In this document: positions 1 to 8,996 of the stretch, one piece after another
How positions within the stretch are numbered: position 1 is the stretch's first letter
Layout of the letters: each line of letters begins with the position of its first letter
Source: an uncultured Comamonadaceae bacterium
GTDB lineage: Bacteria > Pseudomonadota > Gammaproteobacteria > Burkholderiales > Burkholderiaceae_C
Length of the DNA: 41,644 nucleotides
NCBI GenBank assembly: GCA_937862875.1
Contig: CALMCS010000649.1
Location: 1-41,644 of the forward strand
Direction of reading: 5' to 3'
Position numbers and translations under genes: made by a program
The notes under the pieces: generated by a model
Database searches by the model: none
The model's input: the letters and a program-made list of their open reading frames with translations, nothing else
Told to the model about the DNA's origin: nothing

Positions 1-292
1 GCCCTCGATTCTATACCGAATTTTTGAGTCATTCGGCAAACTTCGAGAATTTCTTCACTTCATCTTGCTGCCACCGGGTCCGCTGCTTGATGCTGCCTAC
101 CCAATGACGCTTGTTGAAGCGATGCGTGATTGTAGTCCGGGTTTCCCCTGAGATTTGGAAGTTTGATAGTTTTATGACAATTCCTCCCTGGGTGCTCGAT
201 GCCTCCCTCTCCTGTGGCGAAGACACCCCCAGCACAGAAGATAGTCTCTCTATATATAGAGGGCTGTTCGTAGGTGCGGATAATCCGTGCTT

Positions 293-2188
293 ATGGCACT
301 TATCACTCTATTAGATGCGCAACTGGCTTTTGGCCATGTCGCCCTGCTCGATCATGCAGACTTCACCCTGGAGATCGGCGAACGTATCGGCCTGATCGGC
401 CGCAACGGTGCGGGCAAGTCTTCCTTGCTCAAAATCCTGGCGGGTATCGCAAAGCCCGACGACGGCACCATGCATGTGCAGCAAGGACTGCGCTCTACTT
501 ATGTAGCGCAGGAGCCCGAGCTCGATCCCAATGCGACCATCTTCGAAGCCGCTTCTGCGGGTCTGGGTGATTTGCCGATCTGGCGCGATCAATATCTGTC
601 GGGCGCCGATGGCGTCGACCTCGACACGCTGCAGTCCAAGATCGAAGCCTATGACGGCTGGAACTGGGAACAGCGCGTGGAGGAGACGCTGCACCGTCTG
701 CACTTGGAGCCGCAATCGCTGATCAGCACCTTGTCCGGCGGTATGAAGAAGCGTGTGGCGCTCGCCCAGGCGCTGGTTGCACGTCCCGATGTGCTGCTGC
801 TCGATGAGCCTACCAACCACCTGGATCTGGACTCCATTGCATGGCTGGAAGATTTGCTGATTGATTTCAAGGGCAGTCTCGTCACCATTACCCACGATCG
901 TGCCTTCCTGGATCGCGTTGCGACCCGCATCATCGAGCTCGACCGTGGCCTGCTGCGCTCCTACCCCGGCAACTTCGCCGCGTATGTGACGCAGAAGGAT
1001 GATCAGCTCGCACAAGAGGCCGTGGTGAATGCCAAGGCCGACAAGCTGCTGGCTCAGGAAGAAGTGTGGATTCGCCGAGGCGTGGAAGCGCGCCGCACGC
1101 GTGCACAGGGTCGCATCACGCGCCTTGAGCACATGCGTGAGAACCGCGAAGCGCGTCGTGAAGCGCTGGGCAGCGTGCGGATGGATATTGCCTCCGGTGC
1201 GCAGAACAGCTACCAGGGCAAGATCGTGGCGGAGCTCACACAGGTGAGCAAGTCGTTCGGCGAGAAGCTCATCGTCAAGGATTTCACCTCCACCATTCTG
1301 CGTGGCGACAAGGTGGGACTGATCGGCCCGAACGGTGCCGGCAAGACGACTCTGTTGCGCATGATTCTGGGCGAGCAGGAACCGGATTCGGGCGAAGTGC
1401 GCCGTGGTGCGAATCTGCAGGTCGCCTACTTCGACCAGATGCGCCAGGCCATCGACCTCGACTCGACGCTGGAAGACTTCATCAGTCCCGGCAGCGAGTG
1501 GATCGAGATCGGCAACCAGCGCAAGCACGTGAAGAGCTACCTGAGCGACTTCCTGTTCTCGCCAGCGCGTGCGCACTCCCCTGTGCGCTCCCTGTCGGGT
1601 GGCGAGCGCAACCGCTTGCTGCTGGCACGTCTGTTCGCCCGCCCTGCCAACGTACTGGTACTGGACGAGCCGACCAACGATCTGGACATCGACACGCTCG
1701 AGCTGCTCGAAGAGCTGCTGCAGACCTACGATGGCACCGTGTTCCTGGTCAGCCATGACCGCCAGTTCCTCGACAACGTGGTGACCAGCACCATTGCGTA
1801 CGAAGAGCCCGGCGTGTGGACCGAGTACGAAGGCAGCGTGGAAGACTGGCTGGTGCAGTCGCGTCGTCGCCGCGAACTCGCGAACGGTGGCTCCAAGAAG
1901 GGCAACCGCAAGGAAGAGTCGAGCGCCGCCGAACCCGCCGCCATCGCCAAGAGCGCAGCCCCTGCCGCCAAGCGCAAGCTGAGCTACAAGGAACAGCGCG
2001 AGCTGGATCAGTTGCCCGCTCAGATCGATGCGCTGGAGACCGAGCAGAAGTCGATTCGCGAGCAGCTTGCCGATGGCACGATCTACTCCACCGATGGCGC
2101 CCGTGCCGCCGTGTTGACTGCGCGCGATGGTGAAATCGATGAAGCGCTGATGCATGCGCTGGAGCGCTGGTCGGCCCTGTCGACCTGA
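293..2188 (+). CDS. uup: ABC-F family ATPase Uup
   Basis: Two ABC cassettes (GRNGAGKS, LSGG, LLLDEPTNHLD; GPNGAGKT, LSGGE, VLDEPTNDLD), no TM segments, and a C-terminal KRKLSYKEQREL coiled-coil domain typical of Uup. ATG 293 preferred over GTG 287. Confidence 0.92.
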   Translation: MALITLLDAQLAFGHVALLDHADFTLEIGERIGLIGRNGAGKSSLLKILAGIAKPDDGTMHVQQGLRSTYVAQEPELDPNATIFEAASAGLGDLPIWRDQYLSGADGVDLDTLQSKIEAYDGWNWEQRVEETLHRLHLEPQSLISTLSGGMKKRVALAQALVARPDVLLLDEPTNHLDLDSIAWLEDLLIDFKGSLVTITHDRAFLDRVATRIIELDRGLLRSYPGNFAAYVTQKDDQLAQEAVVNAKADKLLAQEEVWIRRGVEARRTRAQGRITRLEHMRENREARREALGSVRMDIASGAQNSYQGKIVAELTQVSKSFGEKLIVKDFTSTILRGDKVGLIGPNGAGKTTLLRMILGEQEPDSGEVRRGANLQVAYFDQMRQAIDLDSTLEDFISPGSEWIEIGNQRKHVKSYLSDFLFSPARAHSPVRSLSGGERNRLLLARLFARPANVLVLDEPTNDLDIDTLELLEELLQTYDGTVFLVSHDRQFLDNVVTSTIAYEEPGVWTEYEGSVEDWLVQSRRRRELANGGSKKGNRKEESSAAEPAAIAKSAAPAAKRKLSYKEQRELDQLPAQIDALETEQKSIREQLADGTIYSTDGARAAVLTARDGEIDEALMHALERWSALST

Positions 2189-2295
2189 TCGTTGGATTGA
2201 TCGATTGACCGATTGAAAGTGCCCGAACGGCTGCGGTGAAAGGCGACGCTGACTCAGCGTCGTCCTTGAACCGAAGCCGTTCTACGGCCACTCCC

Positions 2296-3429
2296 TCAAT
2301 ACGGCGATTCGTCCCGTCCCGGATCGGGTGCCGCATTCACCCGAAGTCGCGCCAACATGGCGAGACCGATTTGCTTGAGCGGCAACACCTCGTGCGCAGC
2401 CCCATGCGCAATGGCTTCGCGCGGCATGCCGAACACCACCGACGTCGCCTGGTCCTGCACATAGTTGTAGCTGCCGCAATCCTTGAGCTCACGCATCGCT
2501 GCCGCGCCGTCGCTGCCCATTCCGGTCAGCATGATGCCGACCGCATGCGAGCCTGCCACCGCAGCGACCGAACGGAACAGCACATCCACCGAAGGCTTGT
2601 GCCGATTCACCGGTGCGCCATCGAACACGGAAGCCACATAACGGCCCGCACGCCGTGCCACCGCGAAATGTTTGCCGCCGGGTGCCACATAGGCATGTCC
2701 CGGCAACAGCGGCTCGCCGTGTACCGCCTCGGTCACCGTGATGGTGCTCAGTTCGTTGAGGCGCGCCGCAAAGCTGGCGGTGAATCCCGCCGGCATGTGC
2801 TGTGCAATCACGATGGTGGGCGCGTCGACCGGTATGTGCGAGAGCACTTCGCGCACCGCCTCCGTGCCGCCCGTCGAGGCTCCAATGCAGATGATGCGTT
2901 CGTTCAACTGCATGCCGATATGGACCGGCATCGGCACTGGCATGGGCAGCTCGGCGGCACCGGCTCCGGTCATGGAGCGCAGTCGCTTGATCGTGCCAAA
3001 GGCCACCGACGGCAAGCGCCGCACGCGGGCCTGCGCTGCGATGCGCAGTTTTTCCACGATCTGCTGCGCCAACTCCAGCAGGCCATTCTCGATACCCAGG
3101 CGCGGCTTGGCCACGAAGTCGACGGCACCGAGCTCGAGCGCCTTCAAGGTGACTTCGGCACCATGCTCGGTGAGCGTGGAAATCATCAGCACCGGCATGG
3201 GCCGCAAACGCATCAATCGACCCAGAAAGTCGATGCCATCCATCCGCGGCATTTCCACATCGAGCGTGATCACATCCGGATTGAGGTCGCGGATCATTTC
3301 ACGCGCGGCCAAGGCGTCGTTGGCCGTGCCGATGCACTGCATGTCTGGCTGATGGTTGATGATCTCCTTGAGCAGATTGCGCACCAGCGCCGAATCATCC
3401 ACCACCAACACGCGAATCTTTTCTGGCAC
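2296..3429 (-). CDS. cheB: Chemotaxis response regulator protein-glutamate methylesterase
   Basis: N-terminal receiver (VLVVDDS, TLDVEMP, FVAKP) plus methylesterase motifs GASTGG, AQHMP, LTGMGSDG. Confidence 0.96.
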   Translation of the reverse strand: MPEKIRVLVVDDSALVRNLLKEIINHQPDMQCIGTANDALAAREMIRDLNPDVITLDVEMPRMDGIDFLGRLMRLRPMPVLMISTLTEHGAEVTLKALELGAVDFVAKPRLGIENGLLELAQQIVEKLRIAAQARVRRLPSVAFGTIKRLRSMTGAGAAELPMPVPMPVHIGMQLNERIICIGASTGGTEAVREVLSHIPVDAPTIVIAQHMPAGFTASFAARLNELSTITVTEAVHGEPLLPGHAYVAPGGKHFAVARRAGRYVASVFDGAPVNRHKPSVDVLFRSVAAVAGSHAVGIMLTGMGSDGAAAMRELKDCGSYNYVQDQATSVVFGMPREAIAHGAAHEVLPLKQIGLAMLARLRVNAAPDPGRDESPY

Positions 3430-3432
3430 GCG

Positions 3433-4107
3433 TTATCCCTTTCGTTGCCCGAAAATATCGACTGATCCGCCACGTGTCGCACGCACCACGGAGGCCGCGT
3501 TGCCGCGTACTTCCTGGGCCGCAATCGCGTCGGTTTGTGTGTGTGCGAGTCGCTTGACCATGGCCTTTCCCGAAGTACCGAAGAACACCACCTTGCGCGG
3601 GAAGATATCGAGCACGTCTTCGGACACCACCGGGATGCGTTCGGTGCGCAGATAGTCGCGCACGAACTCGGTGTTGCGCTCGCCCACATTCAAATTGGTG
3701 AAGCTGCTGATCACTCGGCCACCGCCAAAGATCTTGGCCTGCAGAAACTCCCGTCGCGCGCCGAGCTTCATCATCTCGTTGATCAGCAATTCCATGGCGT
3801 ACGAGCCGTAGCGGCCCGACATATCGCTCGAGTCGCCCTCGGGCAACATGAAATGGTTCATGCCGCCCACGCCCACGCGGCTGTCCCACAGACAGGCGGC
3901 GATGCACGAGCCGAGCACGGTGATCAACATCACGTTTTCGTTGGTCACGAAGTACTCGCCGGGGAGCACCTTGACCGCGTTGTGTTGAAAGTGGTTGTCG
4001 AAGAAGTAGAACGACGCCTGCCCGGGCTTGACCGGACGCGCCTTGAGCTCCTCCAGCGAAATGCCGGGCGCTGACCGCAACGCAAACGGATTCGGTTCTG
4101 CGCTCAT
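3433..4107 (-). CDS. cheD: Chemoreceptor glutamine deamidase CheD
   Basis: VLPGEY, TVLGSCIAACLWD, GGMNHFMLP, AKIFGGG and NVGERN motifs; lies between cheR and cheB. Confidence 0.95.
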   Translation of the reverse strand: MSAEPNPFALRSAPGISLEELKARPVKPGQASFYFFDNHFQHNAVKVLPGEYFVTNENVMLITVLGSCIAACLWDSRVGVGGMNHFMLPEGDSSDMSGRYGSYAMELLINEMMKLGARREFLQAKIFGGGRVISSFTNLNVGERNTEFVRDYLRTERIPVVSEDVLDIFPRKVVFFGTSGKAMVKRLAHTQTDAIAAQEVRGNAASVVRATRGGSVDIFGQRKG

Positions 4108-5048
4108 AGTCGCTCGTACAAGGTCTTGCCACGCAAGAAGAACAGGTCTTTTGCGTCGCTGAAATGTTCGGCGTGCCCTACAAAGAGCAGCCCGCCGGGC
4201 CTCATCACCTGGTGCAGTCGCTCGAGCACGCGGCGCTGCGTGGGAGCATCGAAATAGATCATGACGTTGCGACAGAAGACCACATCCAGCGGTGTCTTGA
4301 AGGGCCAGTCATCGTCGATCAGGTTGATGTTGAGAAAGTCCACCGCGTCGCGCAACTCGGGGCGAACGCGCACGAATCCGGCGTTCGATCCCTTGCCGCG
4401 CAGAAAGAAGCGGTGCAGCCGCTCTTCGCTCAAACCCTTCAGATGATCGGCGCGGTACACGCCCTCTGCGGCGCGATCGATCACGCGCGAATCGATGTCG
4501 CTGGCCACCACCTTGAAGTTCGCGCGCGCACCCAGCGACTCGATGGCGGTCATGACGATGGAGTAAGGCTCCTCACCGGTCGATGCGGCGCAGCTCCAGA
4601 CGTTCCATGGACCGGCCGGGTTTTGCTGGAACCAGTTCGCCAGCAATTCAAAGTGATGCGGCTCGCGAAAGAAGGCCGTGAGATTGGTGGTGAGCACGTT
4701 GACGAACTCCTGCCACTCCTCGCCGTCCTGGTGCTCCAGCCAATTGAGATAGTCGTGAAAACTGCGATGCCCGGTCTCGCGCAAGCGCCGCGCCACACGG
4801 CTGTATGCCATGGCTTGCTTGCCGCTGTGCAGATGGATGCCTGCGCGCTGGTGAATCAGGGCGCGGATGCGATCGAAATCGTCGCGCGTCCAGAGAAATT
4901 CGCGCTCGCCGGTCACGTCGTCCGCGTCGTCGAGCAGGTCGGCGTCCTGGGTCGACGCGCCCACGCGCCGCCGCCGCGCACGACCGTGGTCGATCGGGGG
5001 GAATTCGGAGGGCGGGGTCATGACCGCTGCGGCCCTTGTGTCATGCAT
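4104..5048 (-). CDS. cheR: Chemotaxis protein methyltransferase CheR
   Basis: TTNLTAFFRE, WSCAASTGEEPYS, ASDID, FCRNVMIYFD, GGLLFVGHAE. Start placed at ATG 5048, overlapping the cheW stop; exact start uncertain. Confidence 0.94.
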   Translation of the reverse strand: MHDTRAAAVMTPPSEFPPIDHGRARRRRVGASTQDADLLDDADDVTGEREFLWTRDDFDRIRALIHQRAGIHLHSGKQAMAYSRVARRLRETGHRSFHDYLNWLEHQDGEEWQEFVNVLTTNLTAFFREPHHFELLANWFQQNPAGPWNVWSCAASTGEEPYSIVMTAIESLGARANFKVVASDIDSRVIDRAAEGVYRADHLKGLSEERLHRFFLRGKGSNAGFVRVRPELRDAVDFLNINLIDDDWPFKTPLDVVFCRNVMIYFDAPTQRRVLERLHQVMRPGGLLFVGHAEHFSDAKDLFFLRGKTLYERL

Positions 5049-5532
5049 CTGCGGGGACCAGCCCCATGTCCACGTTGGACATGAGCTTTTCAATATCCAA
5101 CAAGATCAGCATGCGCCCCGCCACCGTGCCAAGACCTTCGAGACAATCGCGCTCGATGCTGCTGTCAAAGTCCGGGACATCGCTGATGTGCTCGGGCCGC
5201 AGCTGCAACACGTCGCTCACCGAATCCACCACGATGCCGACCACGCGGTCCAGCAGATTCAGAATGATCACCACGGTGAATTCGGAATATTGCGGCACGC
5301 AGTTCTGATGCAGTTTCATCCGCAGATCGACGATCGGCACGATGGTGCCGCGCAGATTCACGACGCCCTTGATGAAGGCCGGCGTGCGCGCGATGCGGGT
5401 GGGCGGTTCATAACGGCGGATCTCGCGCACCTTGAGAATGTCGATGCCGTATTCCTCTTGTGCGATGCGAAAGGTCAGGAATTCCTTGCCCTGCGCTGTC
5501 TGGTCGACCTCCAGAATGGCGGCGTCGTTCAT
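5041..5532 (-). CDS. cheW: Chemotaxis coupling protein CheW
   Basis: EFLTF, EEYGIDILKVREI, GVVNLRGTIVPIVDLR, VGIVVDSVSDV. Confidence 0.96.
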   Translation of the reverse strand: MNDAAILEVDQTAQGKEFLTFRIAQEEYGIDILKVREIRRYEPPTRIARTPAFIKGVVNLRGTIVPIVDLRMKLHQNCVPQYSEFTVVIILNLLDRVVGIVVDSVSDVLQLRPEHISDVPDFDSSIERDCLEGLGTVAGRMLILLDIEKLMSNVDMGLVPADA

Positions 5533-7733
5533 GCCAATGCTCCCAGCTCGATGACTCCCGAGTCTTGATGAAAATGCCCTGTTCCGCTGCGCGTGCGGCG
5601 CACGATGGCGGCCGCATCCAGGATCAGCGCGACCGAGCCGTCGCCCATGATGGTGGCGCCCGACACATTGGGAATCTTGCGGTAATTGGTCTCGAGATTT
5701 TTCACCACCACCTGGTGTTGGCCGACGAGTTCGTCGACCTGCAGCGCGACGCGGTTGTCGTCGACCTCGACCACCACCATGATCACGCTGTGGCCCAAAG
5801 CGCGCGGCGCGTTGCGCGGCACTTCAAACAGTTTGTCGAGCTCCACCACCGGCATGTATTCGTCGCGCACCTTGACCAGCGGCGTGCCCTGGGCGACCGT
5901 GCTCACGCTGCCCGGAATCACCTGGAAGGACTCGACCACCGCCGAGAGCGGAAGAATGTAGACCTCGTCGCCGACGGCCACCGACATGCCATCCATGATC
6001 GCCAGCGTCAGCGGCAGACGCACCGACACCCGCGAGCCATAGCCTTCGGCCGAGTCGATTTCCACCGAGCCGCCGAGCGCGGTGATGCCGCGCTTGACGA
6101 CATCCATTCCGACGCCACGGCCCGAAATATCGGTGACCACATCGGCCGTGGAAAAGCCCGGCTCGAACACCAGATTCCACACGTCCGGATCGCTCATCTG
6201 GTCCGACACGGCGACGCCGCGCTCGCGCGCCTTGCGCAGAATTTTTTCGCGCGACAGGCCGCGGCCATCGTCGTGCACTTCAATCATGATCGAGCCGCCC
6301 TGGTGCGATGCGGACAGCGTGATCGTGCCATGCTCGGGCTTGCCCGCGGCGACGCGCTCATCCGGCGTTTCGATGCCGTGATCGCAGCTGTTGCGCACGA
6401 GGTGCGTGAGCGGGTCGGTGATTTTTTCCACCAGACTCTTGTCCAGCTCGGTGGCCTCGCCCTGCGTGACCAGCTCCACGTTCTTGCCGCATTTGAGCGC
6501 CAGATCGCGCAGCATGCGCGGGAAGCGGTTGAACACCACCGACATGGGAATCATGCGGATCGACATCACCGACTCTTGCAGCTCGCGCGTGTTGCGATCG
6601 AGATCGGCCAGGCCGGCGAGCAATTGCTGGTGCACGCGTGGATCGAGGTCGCGGCTGTTCTGCGCCAGCATCGCCTGGGTGATGACCAGTTCGCCCACCA
6701 GATTGATGAGCTGATCGACCTTGTGCACGGCGACGCGAATGGTTGCCGCTTCGATGTGCGCGGCGCTGCTGCCGCGGTGTTCGAAGCCTGCGGCCGGCGA
6801 CACCGCCGCCTTGGCTTGCAACGCGCCGGCCACGGCCGCTTCCTGCGCGGCCACCATGTCGGACGGCAGGCCCGGTGCGCCGCTGAAGAGGCCAAAGAAG
6901 TCATCGCCCTCGTCGGTCAGCAAACCGAAGCTGCTGGGCGATCCCAGATCCGAAGATCCGGGGACGTCGTCGGACTCGATGCTGAGCTGGTCGGACGCCA
7001 CATGGAATGCGAGCAGGTCGCGCATCTCGTCGTCGGTGAAGGCCGTCTCGAGCACCAGGGCCCGCACATTGGCCTGGAGCACCGGCAGTTCATCGAGCTG
7101 CTCCATGTGGGGCATGTTGCACAGCAGATCGACGACCTCGTCTGCGGCCTCCGCCGTGGTCATGGGACCGATGCGCAGAATCAGTTTGCGCAGCGGTCGG
7201 GATTCATCATCGCTGGATTTTTCGGCCTGTGGCGACGCGCTTGCGGCATCTGTACCGACGCCTGCACCGATGCCTGCGGCTGTGGCTGCAGCAGCACGTT
7301 GTCCACCGCTCATCAGATCGCTGATGCGGCGCACCAGCGCCACGGTGGAGGGGGGTTCGGTCGTCTCGCCTTCCTGATGGCGGGTGAGCAGTTCACGCGA
7401 CAGGTCGGAGGAATCCAGCAGCACGTCCACCAGCTCCGGGGACAGCAACAGCTCTCTGCGGCGCACGCGGTCGAGCAGCGACTCCATCTGGTGGGTCAGC
7501 TCGGCGATATCGGTGAAGCCAAAGGTGGCCGCGCCACCCTTGATGGAATGCGCGCAGCGAAAGATCGCGTTGAGCTGTTCGTCGTTGGCATTGCTCAGGT
7601 CTACATGCAGCAGCATGTGCTCCATCTGGTCGAGGTTTTCAGCGGCCTCGTCAAAGAAGATCTGGTAGAACTGACTGAGGTCGAAGGGTGCTCCCGAGCC
7701 CGCGCCCGGGTTCTCTGGATGGGTGTCCGCCAT
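5529..7733 (-). CDS. cheA: Chemotaxis histidine kinase CheA
   Basis: Hpt domain (IFRCAHSIKGG), dimerisation domain (TIRVAVHKVDQLINLVGELVI), HATPase (HLVRNSCDHG, DDGRG, FEPGFST, SGRGVGMDVV) and a C-terminal CheW domain. ATG 7733 follows a GGAGA RBS. Confidence 0.96.
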   Translation of the reverse strand: MADTHPENPGAGSGAPFDLSQFYQIFFDEAAENLDQMEHMLLHVDLSNANDEQLNAIFRCAHSIKGGAATFGFTDIAELTHQMESLLDRVRRRELLLSPELVDVLLDSSDLSRELLTRHQEGETTEPPSTVALVRRISDLMSGGQRAAAATAAGIGAGVGTDAASASPQAEKSSDDESRPLRKLILRIGPMTTAEAADEVVDLLCNMPHMEQLDELPVLQANVRALVLETAFTDDEMRDLLAFHVASDQLSIESDDVPGSSDLGSPSSFGLLTDEGDDFFGLFSGAPGLPSDMVAAQEAAVAGALQAKAAVSPAAGFEHRGSSAAHIEAATIRVAVHKVDQLINLVGELVITQAMLAQNSRDLDPRVHQQLLAGLADLDRNTRELQESVMSIRMIPMSVVFNRFPRMLRDLALKCGKNVELVTQGEATELDKSLVEKITDPLTHLVRNSCDHGIETPDERVAAGKPEHGTITLSASHQGGSIMIEVHDDGRGLSREKILRKARERGVAVSDQMSDPDVWNLVFEPGFSTADVVTDISGRGVGMDVVKRGITALGGSVEIDSAEGYGSRVSVRLPLTLAIMDGMSVAVGDEVYILPLSAVVESFQVIPGSVSTVAQGTPLVKVRDEYMPVVELDKLFEVPRNAPRALGHSVIMVVVEVDDNRVALQVDELVGQHQVVVKNLETNYRKIPNVSGATIMGDGSVALILDAAAIVRRTRSGTGHFHQDSGVIELGALA

Positions 7734-7776
7734 GCTGTTCTCCACTTATGTCTGCAACGCCGTGGTGGCTGCGGCT

Positions 7777-8139
7777 TCAGCGCAGAACTTTTTGAATCAC
7801 TTCAATCAGGCGGTTGGGGTCAAAGGGTTTGACCAACCATCCCGTGGCACCGGCTGCGCGCCCTGCCTGCTTCATCTGCTCGCTCGACTCGGTGGTGAGA
7901 ATCAGGATCGGCGTGCCCTTGAACTTGGGATGCTCGCGCAGCTTGCGGGTCAGGCCGATGCCGTCGAGGCGCGGCATGTTCTGATCGGCGAGCACCAGAT
8001 CGATCTCATGGGTGTCTGCCTTCTCGAGTGCGTCCTGCCCGTCGACTGCTTCCACCACGTGGTACCCGGCACCGGTCAGGGTGAAGGCCACCATTTTGCG
8101 CATGGAAGGCGAGTCATCAACTGCAAGAATGGACGGCAT
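7777..8139 (-). CDS. cheY: Chemotaxis response regulator CheY
   Basis: Single receiver domain (ILAVDDS, LADQNMP, LTTES, WLVKPF) directly upstream of cheA. Confidence 0.93.
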   Translation of the reverse strand: MPSILAVDDSPSMRKMVAFTLTGAGYHVVEAVDGQDALEKADTHEIDLVLADQNMPRLDGIGLTRKLREHPKFKGTPILILTTESSEQMKQAGRAAGATGWLVKPFDPNRLIEVIQKVLR

Positions 8140-8216
8140 GTATTGAACCTCTAAGAATTTCGTGTTTGTGAGACCAAAGCGTTGAAACGGTCATAGCGCG
8201 GTGCGAGGCGTTCTTT

Positions 8217-8657
8217 TCAGAACAACTCGATGGAGCCCGCTGCCATCTCACTTTGTGTCACCGGATTGGGGCGACTGGGTGCCGCTTCTGGCGCAGCCGC
8301 CAGCTCGTCGCCAGCACCCATCGCCTCCGCTCCCAATTGAAACGCGCAAGACCGCACGACCCGGGTGGTGTGCGAAATCAATTGCGTAGCCATGTCATGA
8401 AACTGCAGCTCGGTGACCGCACTGCGAAGCGCCGAGCGCGCGCGCTCCAGTCGCTCTGATTGTGCGAACACATCATCGCTCAGCAAACCATTGGCTTCAC
8501 CGAAGCGCTGCAACAGATTGTCAGTCGCATCGCCGAGCAGACCTTCGAGCCGATGCAGGTCGTGCATCACCATCAACAGCGAATCCTGCAGCTCCGCCAC
8601 GGTCATCACGGATACGGGGATTGCAGGATCACCAGAGCTTGTCAGCGTAGATTGCAT
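8217..8657 (-). CDS. Helical chemotaxis-associated protein, CheZ-like
   Basis: ATG 8657 with GGAGAA RBS; first gene of the che operon; LQFHDMATQ resembles the CheZ DxxxQ signature; ends in GSIELF. Confidence 0.7.
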   Translation of the reverse strand: MQSTLTSSGDPAIPVSVMTVAELQDSLLMVMHDLHRLEGLLGDATDNLLQRFGEANGLLSDDVFAQSERLERARSALRSAVTELQFHDMATQLISHTTRVVRSCAFQLGAEAMGAGDELAAAPEAAPSRPNPVTQSEMAAGSIELF

Positions 8658-8996
8658 TGTTTCTCCATGACTGAGGCAACCCCCCGGGTCACCCAGCGCG
8701 CAGCTCGCGGCGCTTGGCAACTCCAGTGAAATCTCTGCTGCTGCCGGAAAGAATGCGTTTTCACGCTCAAATCCTCTCAGACAGCACGCGCCTGCATTTC
8801 AGAATGTAAACAGGATGATAACGAATTCTCACTATCGCGCCGCAAATGATCCGGGTAGTTCTCAATGAAAAATGGGCTTAACGACCAAGGTCCAACACTC
8901 GTCCCTTGACTGCGTCTTTATTTGCGACTTTAGATACAAGTTGTTAACAATATTCAAGTTTACGAATTTCGTGTGCACATTCGATGTTGCACTGCG

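Noticed and set aside
8820-8940. Sigma-28 promoter or c-di-GMP riboswitch upstream of the che operon
   Set aside because: A GCGATAG -10-like sequence is present but no TAAA at the right spacing; the GCAAA...GACGCA fragments lack the riboswitch stems.
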